DNA of 64,000 bases from an uncultured virus (IMG/VR IMGVR_UViG_3300011906_000002) (IMGVR_UViG_3300011906_000002:124001-188000), one strand, 5' to 3'; shown: positions 36,897 through 47,196, counted from the stretch's first letter. A program made the numbers and translations. Notes: generated by a model from the sequence alone, not told the origin.

Positions 36897-38873
36897 GTGG
36901 AACGTATTCCCGTTCGCCAGATCCTTGCTATGTCCGCCGCACAAGTGTGGGCCATGCCTGATCGCCCTTTCATTCTGGAATTCGATGATGGGGACCTTGA
37001 AACTGATACCCGCTTGACGCAGTACAGCTGGTACACCATGGTGTTTAACCGGTTGCATCCCCAAGCACCGGTGTACAAACGCTACCACATTGGTAAAGCC
37101 CGACTCGGCATGCGCACCACCGCTGAGTTGATTGAAATCTCGTTGTTCGAAACCAAAGACTGGTTCGATGAGCGCGGTGAAGCCAACCAACTGGATCTGG
37201 ATGAAGCACGGCAGATCGTGTATGACACCTTCCAGGACATCTACAACGACTTCACCTACAATGTCCCACAGTCGGTCAGCAGCATTTGCATTCTCGACTT
37301 CATCGACATCGTTACCCACCCCAAGATCAAGGAGATCAACGAGAACACCAAACCGTCCCCCAACTCCATTGAGCACACCTACACTGCAGTTAAGGGTGTA
37401 TTGCTCGATGAGAACGAGCTGGTGGGCAACCCAGTGGCGAAGGTGGCTAAGTCAGGTCTGGTCAGTATGGGTCAGATTCTACAGTGCGTCTCGGTACGAG
37501 GGTACCTCACCGATATCAACTCACGGATCTTCCACACCCCGGTACTACAAGGCTACACCCACGGCATTACCAAGCTGTATGAATCCATGGTCGAGTCACG
37601 TTCTGCATCTAAGGCATTGTGGTTTGCCAAGGACCCGGTAGCAGACTCGGAATACTTCAACCGTCGGATGCAGTTGGTGTGTGAAACCCTGAAACACATC
37701 CATCCTGGCGATTGCGGTAGTCAGCATTACATCGAGTGGACCCTCACGGCGTCTAACTTCGAGAACCTGTTGGGTAAGGTGTATTTGGACGATGATGGTA
37801 AGTTGCGCCCGATTATTAAGCGCAACCGTAACCAGCTGATTGGCAAAACCTTGAAGACGCGCAGCATCTTGAAGTGTCAGCATCCTGATGCTTACGGTGT
37901 CTGTGCTACCTGCTTTGGGGAATTGTCGCACGCCATCCCGGCTAAGACGGTGCTCGGCCACATCAGTGCCACCACGCTCTGTGAGATCCTTTCGCAGCGC
38001 GTATTGTCGACCAAACACTTGGACGGCAGTACCAGTGTGGAATCGTTCAAGATCAGTGAGCATGACCAGTACTACATCCGTGAAGGGAGTGATGAATCTA
38101 AACTACGCCTGATGGCTGAGTTGAAAATCGCAGATGAGATTCGTCTGATCGTCCCTCACCAGTACGCCCCACGCCTGACAGACCTACACCGGGTACGTCA
38201 TGTACGGGAGCTACCGATGGAGCGTTTGGCTGAATTGGTAGAGGTCCAGCTGGAGATTATTAATGACGGCATGATCAATACTGTGACAGTCTCTGTCTCG
38301 ATGGGCTCTCGGCGTGCTTACTTTGGTGAGCTGTTCTTGAGCTTTCTTAAGGAAGTCGGTTGGTCAACCACCCCACGGGGTGACTTCTCCATCGACCTGT
38401 CAGATTGGGACTTTGAGGACGATGTCTTCGAACTGCCGCAGCGTCACCTGAACACTGTGGAATACATGACCATGATTGAGAACTTCATCAAGGCCTCGCC
38501 TAGTGCGAACAAGGCTCGTGATAAGTCCTCCAAGCGCATGAACTCAGGCTCCTACAGCACCACCGAAGAAGCCCTGATTGCGTTTGACGATCTGATCAAC
38601 TCCAAGTTGAGTGTGAACATTGCTCACTTGGAAGCGATTCTGTTGTCGACCATGGCAATTGATCCTGAGAACCATGACCATCGGATGCCGGTTGACCGGT
38701 TGAATGGGGTTGTGGGGTATTACGAGGACAACATGTGGTTCCGTAGCTTGTCGGCCACCATGGCCTATGAGAAGCAGGGTGCGGTGCTGAGTGACATCAG
38801 AACCTTCATCTTGGATAATCGACCAGACCATCCCCTCGACTATTTGGTCGTGGGCAAATCCGGCGTAAGTTAA
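36897..38873 (+). CDS. Non-virion RNAP beta' C-terminal subunit (gp74-like)
   Basis: AGGAGG RBS at GTG 36897; ESRSASKAL..SEYFNRR bridge helix, DCGS, CATCFG, SQRVLSTKH trigger loop. Confidence 0.9.
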   Translation: MERIPVRQILAMSAAQVWAMPDRPFILEFDDGDLETDTRLTQYSWYTMVFNRLHPQAPVYKRYHIGKARLGMRTTAELIEISLFETKDWFDERGEANQLDLDEARQIVYDTFQDIYNDFTYNVPQSVSSICILDFIDIVTHPKIKEINENTKPSPNSIEHTYTAVKGVLLDENELVGNPVAKVAKSGLVSMGQILQCVSVRGYLTDINSRIFHTPVLQGYTHGITKLYESMVESRSASKALWFAKDPVADSEYFNRRMQLVCETLKHIHPGDCGSQHYIEWTLTASNFENLLGKVYLDDDGKLRPIIKRNRNQLIGKTLKTRSILKCQHPDAYGVCATCFGELSHAIPAKTVLGHISATTLCEILSQRVLSTKHLDGSTSVESFKISEHDQYYIREGSDESKLRLMAELKIADEIRLIVPHQYAPRLTDLHRVRHVRELPMERLAELVEVQLEIINDGMINTVTVSVSMGSRRAYFGELFLSFLKEVGWSTTPRGDFSIDLSDWDFEDDVFELPQRHLNTVEYMTMIENFIKASPSANKARDKSSKRMNSGSYSTTEEALIAFDDLINSKLSVNIAHLEAILLSTMAIDPENHDHRMPVDRLNGVVGYYEDNMWFRSLSATMAYEKQGAVLSDIRTFILDNRPDHPLDYLVVGKSGVS

Positions 38874-38887
38874 ATAGGAGCAGCATT

Positions 38888-40705
38888 GTGCCTACGAGAC
38901 CTACCCCGGTTATACCCAAAGTAGGCACAGAGTTGACCTTAGAGTTGGGAAGCCATTTCGTGCGGGTGTCGAACTTCGGACCACGTGTCCGTCCGGCCCT
39001 GTTCGAAATGTGCGACCGGCTCGCGCAGTTTGGGTTCACCCGAAGTCCACATGGGCGTTTCGTGCGAACAATGCTGCGTGTCTTTGTGGGTGTAACACGG
39101 GACCGTACCGTTTTCAATTTTCACCGTAACCTCCTGCCAGAGCTATACGTGGTGCTTGAACGCCACGGGTATGGTAAGGGTAAGATTAATGTGGTGGAGT
39201 TGCCTAAAAACGAAGGCGACGACATCGAGCTGGAACTGATTGACCTGCGTGAGCCACGCGACTACCAAGTCGAACTCGTGGAGTACATCATCGCTGAAGG
39301 CGTAACGAAGGTGGCAACCATTGACCCTGGTCGTGGCAAAACCTTTACCGCGTTACTGGCCATCAGTAAGTTGAAGAAGCGCACCTTCGTGTGCATCAAA
39401 GCGATGTACGTGGAGAAGTGGATCAGCGACATCAAGAAAGCCTTTAAGATCAAGAAGGGCGACATCATCGTTGTCAAGGGGTCGGCCTCACTCAAGGCAG
39501 TTACCCAGATGGCGGTAGATGGTACGTTGGACGCCAAGTTTGTCATCTGTTCGAACATGACGTTTTATAACTACCTCAAAGAGTACGAAATCCATAAGGA
39601 CGCCATATTGGAGATGGGCTACGCCTGTCTACCCCATGAGTTCTATGACGTCTGTGGGTTTGGGATTCGACTGATCGACGAGGTGCACCAAGACTTCCAT
39701 CTGAACTACCGACAGGACTTGTATACGAACGTTGAGAAGACGATCTCGTTGTCAGGTACCTTGGAGGGAGATGATCCGTTTGTCAATTCACGGGTGGCGG
39801 AGATGTTCCCGCCGCATTGGCGCATCAAGCCTAAAGGGCGTGTGGTGTACGCCGAAGCCGTGGGACTGGAATACCGGTTGCGATTAGGACACAGGCTGCG
39901 CTGGTTGAACCACAGTCGTAAGTCCTACTCACATGTTCTGTTCGAGCAATCGATCATGAAACAACCGGACGTGCTACGCGCCTACTTGGATCTGGTGGCA
40001 ATGGTCATCAGTGAAACGTACATACAGGAGTTTAAGCGAGGTCAGAAGTGTTTGATCTACGCAGCCACTGTTGAGATGTGTACCAAGATGCAGCAGCATT
40101 TTGTTCGGGCCTTCCCTGAGCACAAGGTGGTGTTGCATGTCCAAGGGGTGAGTATCGAGGACACCTTTAAAGGCGAGATCATCGTCTCCACCTTGAAGTC
40201 TTTGGGTACTGCTCAAGACATTCCCGATTTGCTGACCGTCGTAATGACTGATGCATTGGGTTCGTCCACGGCAAACCTGCAGGCGTTTGGGCGGTTGCGT
40301 GAACTCTTGTCGTGGGAAGGGTCCGTGCCGAAGTTCTACTACCTGGTCTGTGCAGACATTGACAAACACGTCGAATACCACAATCGGAAAAAAGAGGCTT
40401 TCACCGGTCGCGTACTCAGTCACAAGTACACCCCAACAGGTGTAACCATTGAGGACGATCCAATCGAGTGGGAGGTTTATCTACCGTCTATCGATATGGG
40501 GGAGGCGTCGGGCCAAGACCTGGACGACTTTGAACTATGGAACTACAACCAGTCCCTGAGAGGGTCTTGCAATACTTTGGCGCCAATTCGACAAGTCACG
40601 CTGAGCGACTACGCGTGGCCAACGTCGTTGATGTTAGTCAACTGCTCCTCGACCACCCCTTGGCCTTACGAGACGCACGATTCCTATACCCCTCAATCAA
40701 ATTGA
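38888..40705 (+). CDS. SF2 DEAD/DEAH-like helicase (gp75-like)
   Basis: PRDYQ, PGRGKT, IDEVH, LSGT, QAFGRLR. Confidence 0.9.
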   Translation: MPTRPTPVIPKVGTELTLELGSHFVRVSNFGPRVRPALFEMCDRLAQFGFTRSPHGRFVRTMLRVFVGVTRDRTVFNFHRNLLPELYVVLERHGYGKGKINVVELPKNEGDDIELELIDLREPRDYQVELVEYIIAEGVTKVATIDPGRGKTFTALLAISKLKKRTFVCIKAMYVEKWISDIKKAFKIKKGDIIVVKGSASLKAVTQMAVDGTLDAKFVICSNMTFYNYLKEYEIHKDAILEMGYACLPHEFYDVCGFGIRLIDEVHQDFHLNYRQDLYTNVEKTISLSGTLEGDDPFVNSRVAEMFPPHWRIKPKGRVVYAEAVGLEYRLRLGHRLRWLNHSRKSYSHVLFEQSIMKQPDVLRAYLDLVAMVISETYIQEFKRGQKCLIYAATVEMCTKMQQHFVRAFPEHKVVLHVQGVSIEDTFKGEIIVSTLKSLGTAQDIPDLLTVVMTDALGSSTANLQAFGRLRELLSWEGSVPKFYYLVCADIDKHVEYHNRKKEAFTGRVLSHKYTPTGVTIEDDPIEWEVYLPSIDMGEASGQDLDDFELWNYNQSLRGSCNTLAPIRQVTLSDYAWPTSLMLVNCSSTTPWPYETHDSYTPQSN

Positions 40706-41079
40706 GCGACGTGGAATTTCTGAGCGCCGCGCTTGGCTTTGCAACCGAGATCATGGGGATGGTGGATGTACGAATGTTTCTCAAGCGCTTTCCTGAAATG
40801 TTCGTGTTCTCCACGCTGTGTTGTTGGGCGTATTACCAACACCAACTCGAACACAAAAGCCAAGATGTCTACTACGCTCAGCGTCAATACAACACGATGA
40901 TCAACACGTTGCTGTCGGTGGGTCATAGTGAGGCTGAGTGCGTACAGGTGATCGAAAGCTTGAGTGTTCCGGCCCACGCCAAACCCCTACTCCTTCGAGA
41001 CCTGAAAGCTTGGATTGAGGAGAAAGATTTGGTGGTGTATCCCCTAAACGCAAACGCTCAAGGGGCAACTGTTCATTAA
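40537..41079 (+). CDS. Hypothetical protein
   Basis: 180-aa protein-like ORF filling the gap to the terminator; overlaps the helicase 3' end. Confidence 0.6.
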   Translation: MELQPVPERVLQYFGANSTSHAERLRVANVVDVSQLLLDHPLALRDARFLYPSIKLSDVEFLSAALGFATEIMGMVDVRMFLKRFPEMFVFSTLCCWAYYQHQLEHKSQDVYYAQRQYNTMINTLLSVGHSEAECVQVIESLSVPAHAKPLLLRDLKAWIEEKDLVVYPLNANAQGATVH

Positions 41080-41090
41080 CAGCATAAAGG

Positions 41091-41134
41091 CTCTAGGACT
41101 CCTTCGGGAGTCCTAGAGTACCTTTTTTTTTTTT
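41091..41134. terminator. Bidirectional terminator
   Basis: CTCTAGGACTCC-TTCG-GGAGTCCTAGAG plus T tract. Confidence 0.9.
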
Positions 41135-41139
41135 GCCGC

Positions 41140-42009
41140 TTAGATCGAGTAGTACTCGGTCACGCGTTGTTGCATGTCAGCATCCAGGCCTTGCAGGGTG
41201 CGAGGCAGGTCAACTTGACGCAGCGCCATAGCACGGGTTTCTTTCGCCGCTGTACCGATGAACAGGTTCAGCAAGCGCTCGAAGTTCTTACGCTCGTTAG
41301 CCGGCAGGCGCACGGTTTCCATTTCGCGGTACGCACGGGCTTCGGTGAACAGGGTTTGACGATGAGCGTTGATGAACGCCAACAGCAGATCCATGTTCTT
41401 GAAGAAGTCCTGACCGGTCGCACGCAGTACGATCTGGAAGGTGCGGTACAACATCAGTTGCTTAGTGGCCGCTTGTTCCTGGGAGACCGGAACGTTAGGT
41501 GCCATGGACTTGGCGTAAGAGGCCAGGTTGTTTTCGATGATTTCACGCGACATGTTTGCTTGGCTCAACAGTGCAGGGGTGGGTTTGACCAGAACGACTT
41601 CGTCTGGTATTTCAGGTTCGCCACTTTCTTCAACAACCGGTGCTTCAGGAGCAGGAGTCGGTTGTGGTGCCGGAGCCGCAGGTGCGGTAGTTTCGGCTGC
41701 TTCACCTACGCCTTCGTTGGCATCGGGTTCGTCGGCCGGTGGTTCATCACCGAGTTCGTCCGAAAGTTCGTCAGCGCTTTCGTCTACACCCTCACCCTCG
41801 GCTTCTGCATCAGCAGCAGCGACAAACTTGGCGATCACGTAGGCTTTGATCGTGTCGATGTCGTCAGTGGCTTCAAAACCAAAACGAGTGACACATTCTT
41901 TAGCAACGGTGCGATTGCTGGCTTGTCCACTAGGGCTGGCTTCGCCACGCGCCCACGCCAACAGTTCGGCATCGGTCCACTGTGCAGCAGGTTTGTTGAT
42001 ACTGGTCAT
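41140..42009 (-). CDS. Hypothetical protein with acidic/Pro-rich linker
   Basis: 289 aa, GGAG RBS, co-oriented with the vRNAP subunit. Confidence 0.8.
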   Translation of the reverse strand: MTSINKPAAQWTDAELLAWARGEASPSGQASNRTVAKECVTRFGFEATDDIDTIKAYVIAKFVAAADAEAEGEGVDESADELSDELGDEPPADEPDANEGVGEAAETTAPAAPAPQPTPAPEAPVVEESGEPEIPDEVVLVKPTPALLSQANMSREIIENNLASYAKSMAPNVPVSQEQAATKQLMLYRTFQIVLRATGQDFFKNMDLLLAFINAHRQTLFTEARAYREMETVRLPANERKNFERLLNLFIGTAAKETRAMALRQVDLPRTLQGLDADMQQRVTEYYSI

Positions 42010-42026
42010 CAGGGGGTCTCTCCAGA

Positions 42027-43325
42027 TTACGTGATGGAATGTTTGAAGTCGTATTTGGCTACACTTAGCACTTTACCGTGCATGGCACCCATGAAGATGT
42101 ACATCATCTGACTGCCCAAGTCGGCTGCAAGCAAACCCAATGCGGTTGGGTTGATGGCGTTAGGGTTGCCCATGCAATGCTGGCAGAAACCCGTCTTAGG
42201 TGTCTTGCACAACATTGGTGAACGCACCACGACTTTTTTGCCGATCTGTGAACGAGCGTAGTCTTCGGTGATTTCCTCCGAACCGTTAGGAGTGACTCGG
42301 TAGAACCCTACAAACTTCTTGTGGTTGGTCTCAGTAAAGAGTTTATCCCAACCGAGTTTACTCCCGCAGTCATTTTCAGTGATGGTGGTGTTCTGGAACA
42401 CTCGGCCCAAGAACTTCACCGCTTCCCCACCCAAGGCTGTGTCTCGACCCCGGTTGTAGGAACCTTCACGTAGGGAGTTGATCATGTCAGGCATCTTATC
42501 GACGTCCCAACCTTCTTCCAAGCTGTTCACTACGAGGGTTGCTCGGGTACCGTCCTGGAAGCCCATCTCAGCACCGTGCATCAAGTGCATACGCTTACGC
42601 ACCACACCGTAGGCCTTAGACTCTTTGACGTAGAAACCGTCTCCACCGTCCGGATCAGACTTCATCCACTCTTTATCGAGCGCAATGAGTTCGGCTTCAA
42701 TCTTGGCAATCACCGCAGGGTCCCACAGCCGGTCCTTGTGCTTCTCCAGCAATTCAGCCCGTAGCTTTTTGGCGTCAGGGTGAGTGGTCAACATCCGCTT
42801 AGTCGCGGAGGGAACGCACAGCTGAGTAAAGCCTGAGATTCCAAAGATGGCTTTGTTGAACTTACGATAATCAACCGGGTAGATCAACTTCGGGTCGCGT
42901 TCTTGCCCTTCAGGTGGGTAGTCAGCCATCAATGGACGGATCTTGTTCATCACCGCACCCGGTGTGATCTTTCCAGACATGAACTCAAGCCGATCACCTA
43001 AGGCGTAAATCAACACGTAGAAGTTAAAGAACACATTCCCAATCGGAACATTCATAGCCTTTTTGCAGTTGGGTACCAACGCAGGCGTGATGTCCACCCG
43101 ATCCATAAACCGGAACAACGGCTCCTGCGGTTTAGCATCTTCGATAGTGATGAGGTTTTCACGGTTTTCAGGGTCGACAAACACGGTGTTCTTTTCACTG
43201 CGAATCAGTGCGTAGGGGTAGTGTTCTTCAGGCTCTTGGGTCACGCTGAACACCGACAGCGCCCACGACTTCTTGCGGTACGCTCCAGCATTTAACGCCG
43301 CAAACAAGTAATCAATCTTTTTCAT
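42027..43325 (-). CDS. Virion RNA polymerase beta' fragment (gp80-like)
   Basis: GSYNRG.DT.LGGE..K, ENDCGS, VRSPMLC...FCQHCMG, MHG. Confidence 0.88.
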   Translation of the reverse strand: MKKIDYLFAALNAGAYRKKSWALSVFSVTQEPEEHYPYALIRSEKNTVFVDPENRENLITIEDAKPQEPLFRFMDRVDITPALVPNCKKAMNVPIGNVFFNFYVLIYALGDRLEFMSGKITPGAVMNKIRPLMADYPPEGQERDPKLIYPVDYRKFNKAIFGISGFTQLCVPSATKRMLTTHPDAKKLRAELLEKHKDRLWDPAVIAKIEAELIALDKEWMKSDPDGGDGFYVKESKAYGVVRKRMHLMHGAEMGFQDGTRATLVVNSLEEGWDVDKMPDMINSLREGSYNRGRDTALGGEAVKFLGRVFQNTTITENDCGSKLGWDKLFTETNHKKFVGFYRVTPNGSEEITEDYARSQIGKKVVVRSPMLCKTPKTGFCQHCMGNPNAINPTALGLLAADLGSQMMYIFMGAMHGKVLSVAKYDFKHSIT

Positions 43326-44166
43326 GTGGTACCGCCGCCAGAATGGTCCGCACCTGTTCCATTACACGAATGATCAGGGGTAATTTAAGGAAGGTCTCTT
43401 CGACCGCTTCTTCACTGACGCGCAGTAGATCAGCGTCTTCGGTGTTTGAGGCCAGGACAAAGGCCATCATTTGCAAGGCCAACTGAGCCACATCGTGATT
43501 CAGCATCGCATCCTTAGCTAGGCGTTCCTCGTATATCGCTCTGAAGGCCTCCATAAGGTCCTTCACGGGACGATTGATTGTTCCGCCAGCGTCTATGTAC
43601 TCAAGCAACCACGGCGTCTCTAGCTGCTCTGTGCAGCTTTTAATGCGTAGGATCTTGCCGGTACGTTCAACAGGCATCTCAGACAGACCATCGTCTACGG
43701 TCTCGATGGTTTCCACCAAGCGCTTGAGAAGCGCCGGATTTACCCGCTCCAATTGCATCAGGATGTCTTCTACGGTGAATTCAGAAGTCAGCTCGACCAA
43801 TGCAGACAACCGCTCTTCAGGTGATTCTTCAGACAGACAGATGGATTCAATGGTTTCCACGTCATCGAAGTTGTCCAACGTATTGATACTGCGATAGATC
43901 GCTGTAGCCTGCTTAAGACCAAAGGTCTCATTCAAAAACACGCCGTACTGATTGAGCGTCGAATCCAATACGTTTTTCAAATACGCATCGATCTCGTTGA
44001 CCACCTGATCACGTCCGAGGTTCTCTTCCTCGTCAATCAAAACTTCCAACTGAACCACATGGGTAGTGACACCAGACTCCAATACTGCACGGGCAGCATC
44101 AACGTACACCTCGGTCAATTCGGGCGAGACGACAGTTTGTAGAAAACCCTCAATTTCTTCTAACAC
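43312..44166 (-). CDS. Conserved hypothetical protein (gp79-like)
   Basis: 284-aa acidic ORF with GGAGG RBS, coupled to the vRNAP gene. Confidence 0.7.
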   Translation of the reverse strand: MLEEIEGFLQTVVSPELTEVYVDAARAVLESGVTTHVVQLEVLIDEEENLGRDQVVNEIDAYLKNVLDSTLNQYGVFLNETFGLKQATAIYRSINTLDNFDDVETIESICLSEESPEERLSALVELTSEFTVEDILMQLERVNPALLKRLVETIETVDDGLSEMPVERTGKILRIKSCTEQLETPWLLEYIDAGGTINRPVKDLMEAFRAIYEERLAKDAMLNHDVAQLALQMMAFVLASNTEDADLLRVSEEAVEETFLKLPLIIRVMEQVRTILAAVPHEKD

Positions 44167-44269
44167 AGTAACCTCCGGTTAAATAATACGATCGTCCCAA
44201 ATTATACGAGACCATGCTCACAATACATGTAGAGCCCACGAATTTCTTTTCATCAAGGCAGAATCTGTT

Positions 44270-44728
44270 ATGACCCGTAAGCACAATCCTACCTACGTTA
44301 AGCGTGGGCCGAACAGCTTGAAAGAGCTGGTACAACAGCGTAACGACCTGGCCGAACAAGGTTCGATCTGGGACGACCTGACCCAACTGCAGGTTCAGTG
44401 CACACAGCTGAATCAATCACCCAGCCAAGTTGTAGCATTGCTGCGCAACCGCGAGCTGGTGGCGCAGATCAAAGACCAAGCATCGCTGTTGCAATTGGCC
44501 AACACCCTCAACCGCGACATTCAAGACTTCAGCAACCGCTTGGTTCAATTGAACCAGTCTGCTGAGCAATATCGCAACCAACCCTTGGGTCCACAGGTGT
44601 TGGGTGTGTTGATGGATCTGGCACAAGCCTACGATCAATGGATCACGTCATATCAATTGGTCGTGGTTCCTACTGCTATCCAGATCACTGATCTGTTCAA
44701 TCAAATCAATCAAGCGCCACAGGTGTAA
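44270..44728 (+). CDS. Hypothetical coiled-coil protein
   Basis: 152 aa, Q/L-rich. Confidence 0.75.
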   Translation: MTRKHNPTYVKRGPNSLKELVQQRNDLAEQGSIWDDLTQLQVQCTQLNQSPSQVVALLRNRELVAQIKDQASLLQLANTLNRDIQDFSNRLVQLNQSAEQYRNQPLGPQVLGVLMDLAQAYDQWITSYQLVVVPTAIQITDLFNQINQAPQV

Positions 44729-44729
44729 G

Positions 44730-46271
44730 ATGTCCGATAAAGAACTGCCAACAACAGCAACCGAAGTACCCCCAGAAGGTATCGAACAAAAAGTCGTGCC
44801 GACTGAAGCCGACATGGGCGACAAGTCAATCAGTGACTACAAGCCTAAGGCTATCAACCTGAACGTCAAACTTCAGTACCCGGTCGATAAGCCTTACACC
44901 CTAGGCGATGCCAAAGCAGTCTTCGGCGATCCGAACCTGCACATGACCTTCATTAACGGAACCCTGGGCGACTTGCAGGAAACCACCACCAACCACCCCA
45001 ACGTAGAAGTGTCAGACGATGCTGGTACCATGCGTTGGATTGAAGCACTGAACCGAGGTTCTGCTAACCTGATCCGCAACGAACCTTTCCAAGACAGTTT
45101 GGAAGCCGAGGGCGGTGATTGGCAACAGACCGTCGACTACGCTGGTCAGCCACTGGGCATCTCTCGTCCGCGTTTTGCAGAAGCCGGTACTGTGTTGACC
45201 GGTGAGCGTGCCGTCATGCGCATGACTGCTGCGCTGGGTCTGGGTACGATCCACCAAGTTCCGCTTTGGCACACTGGTATCTGGGTCAGCTTTAAAGCCC
45301 CAAGTGAAGCCGCCATCCTCGAACTCGAGCGTCGCGCAGGACAACGTAAAACCTCCTTGGGTCGCATGACCAACGGTTTGGTGTTCTCCAACACCTCGGT
45401 ACATCTGATCAACGACCTGCTCGACTTTGCGTTGCAGCATGTCTACGACACCAACGCCAAAGAGATGTCGCCACAGTATCTGGAGAGCATCGTGTTGGTC
45501 ACTGACATCCCCCTGATCCTCTGGGGTCTGGCGTCAGCGATTTACCCGAACGGTTATCCGTACTCGCGCGGTTGCATCAGCACCGATAAGGTCTGTAACC
45601 ACATCTTCGAAGCACTGCTGAACCTCAGTAAGCTGATGTGGACCGATCGTTCCAAGCTGAGCGAGTGGCAAACCAAGCGCATGTCTCAACGCAAGACGCG
45701 GATGTCTGATGAAGACCTCAAGCGTTACGCTGAAGAGCACAAGTACAACCAAGAGCGTACGGTGCCGATCACTGACAACATTCGTATCTCCTTGGCGGTA
45801 CCGACCATCGAGCAGTACTACAACTCGGGTAATGCGTGGATTGCCAACATCATCAAGGTGATGGAAGGTGCGTTCGGTGAGAAGATCGGTGGCGATGAGC
45901 GTGATGCGTACATCACCAACCAAGGGCGTCTGACCAACCTGCGTCAATACGGTCACTGGGTCAAGCAGATCCACATCGAAGACGCTGAGATCGGCACCGA
46001 CCGTGACACCGTTGAAAACCTGATGGGTGTGTTGACAGCTGACGAAGAGTCGCGTGACCTCACGCTCAAAGCGGTGACCGAGTACATCAACTCGGTAACG
46101 ATCTCGTTGATTGGTCTGCCGAAGCACGAGTGTCCGGTCTGCCACGCCAACCAGGTCAGCAAAGACGAAGAACGCTTCAGTCCGTACGTGGTGCCGCTTG
46201 ATGTGGCGCAGGCTTTTTTTACCCTGCTCAACCAACGCATCTACAAGGTACTCATAAAGTCCTCCCTTTAA
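44730..46271 (+). CDS. Conserved protein (gp77-like); possible baseplate-hub/tail assembly chaperone
   Basis: PLWHTG.W, IYPNG.P..R.C....C, CPVC and terminal AFF motifs. Confidence 0.65.
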   Translation: MSDKELPTTATEVPPEGIEQKVVPTEADMGDKSISDYKPKAINLNVKLQYPVDKPYTLGDAKAVFGDPNLHMTFINGTLGDLQETTTNHPNVEVSDDAGTMRWIEALNRGSANLIRNEPFQDSLEAEGGDWQQTVDYAGQPLGISRPRFAEAGTVLTGERAVMRMTAALGLGTIHQVPLWHTGIWVSFKAPSEAAILELERRAGQRKTSLGRMTNGLVFSNTSVHLINDLLDFALQHVYDTNAKEMSPQYLESIVLVTDIPLILWGLASAIYPNGYPYSRGCISTDKVCNHIFEALLNLSKLMWTDRSKLSEWQTKRMSQRKTRMSDEDLKRYAEEHKYNQERTVPITDNIRISLAVPTIEQYYNSGNAWIANIIKVMEGAFGEKIGGDERDAYITNQGRLTNLRQYGHWVKQIHIEDAEIGTDRDTVENLMGVLTADEESRDLTLKAVTEYINSVTISLIGLPKHECPVCHANQVSKDEERFSPYVVPLDVAQAFFTLLNQRIYKVLIKSSL

Positions 46272-46300
46272 CCGTTGACCCTGAAGACCAAGACAGCCAT

Positions 46301-46741
46301 GTGTTGTTGCCAGGCTTCGGGGTGCGGTTTTATAACAAGCCGACCATACTTGAGAGTATTCTTGAGAAAGGTAAGCAGTTGGACAATATTGCCGCGCAGC
46401 TGGTGATTCGTGACGCGTATGAAACCCAATACGGGATCTTCGATCACGGGTCAGCAGAAGCCGGACCTTTAGCGTTGGTTGAGCATCGTCCCAAAGAGGA
46501 CGTGACGGAATACGGCAGCCTCTATCGCACCTTCTATCAGTACCATCTGTACGAGGTGCATAAAGAGTGGGGTTTGTCTGTCACTGACTTTCTAAACCTG
46601 CCGCGTGAGTATTGTGCGTTGATCTTACGGATTTCTTCAGAACGGGCTGCTCGGTTGACGAAAGAAACCAATGAACAGATTCGCAAGACCAAACAAGCAC
46701 AGCAACAAACCGGTACAGGATTAGGTGGAGCAAAGCGATGA
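46301..46741 (+). CDS. Hypothetical protein, tail-chaperone 'T'-like segment
   Basis: WGLSVTDFLNLP motif; weak start; frame open back to 46202. Confidence 0.65.
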   Translation: MLLPGFGVRFYNKPTILESILEKGKQLDNIAAQLVIRDAYETQYGIFDHGSAEAGPLALVEHRPKEDVTEYGSLYRTFYQYHLYEVHKEWGLSVTDFLNLPREYCALILRISSERAARLTKETNEQIRKTKQAQQQTGTGLGGAKR

Positions 46742-47196
46742 TCGTGTACGAAGGCGAAGGGTCGTTATTCGACACCCGGTTACAAACCATCACAGCTCCT
46801 GTGAACACAGTGGGTACGATGGGTAATGGGCTGGCGTTGGCCATGAAGAAACGGGTACGAGGACTCTTTGACTTCTATAAGGACCTGTGTGACCGAGGAG
46901 AGCTGAAAGTTGGTGAACCTCGGTTATACAAGATCCCTAACTCCCGACATCAAGTATTGTTGTTTCCAACCAAACAGGACTGGAAGAACCCCAGCAAACC
47001 TGAGTACGTGTTAGACGGCTTGGATTATCTGGTGAACCATTATAAAGAGATGGGGATCACAGAACTGGGGTTGCCTCCCTTAGGCTGTGGGTATGGGGGA
47101 CTCGATTATATCAAATTTCTCCGACCTGCGCTTTATGAGAAGTTGGCCGACATTGATCTACCGGTCAGCATCTACCTCTACAACCGCATAGTGTGA
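46738..47196 (+). CDS. Macrodomain ADP-ribose glycohydrolase (DarG/TARG1-like)
   Basis: PVNTVGTMGNGLA, LFPTK.DW..PS, LPPLGCGYGGL. Confidence 0.88.
   Translation: MIVYEGEGSLFDTRLQTITAPVNTVGTMGNGLALAMKKRVRGLFDFYKDLCDRGELKVGEPRLYKIPNSRHQVLLFPTKQDWKNPSKPEYVLDGLDYLVNHYKEMGITELGLPPLGCGYGGLDYIKFLRPALYEKLADIDLPVSIYLYNRIV

Noticed and set aside
41140..46741. Apparent inversion of the gp77-gp80 block relative to phiKZ numbering
   Set aside because: Depends on recalled gene numbering that cannot be verified here, and such rearrangements are common
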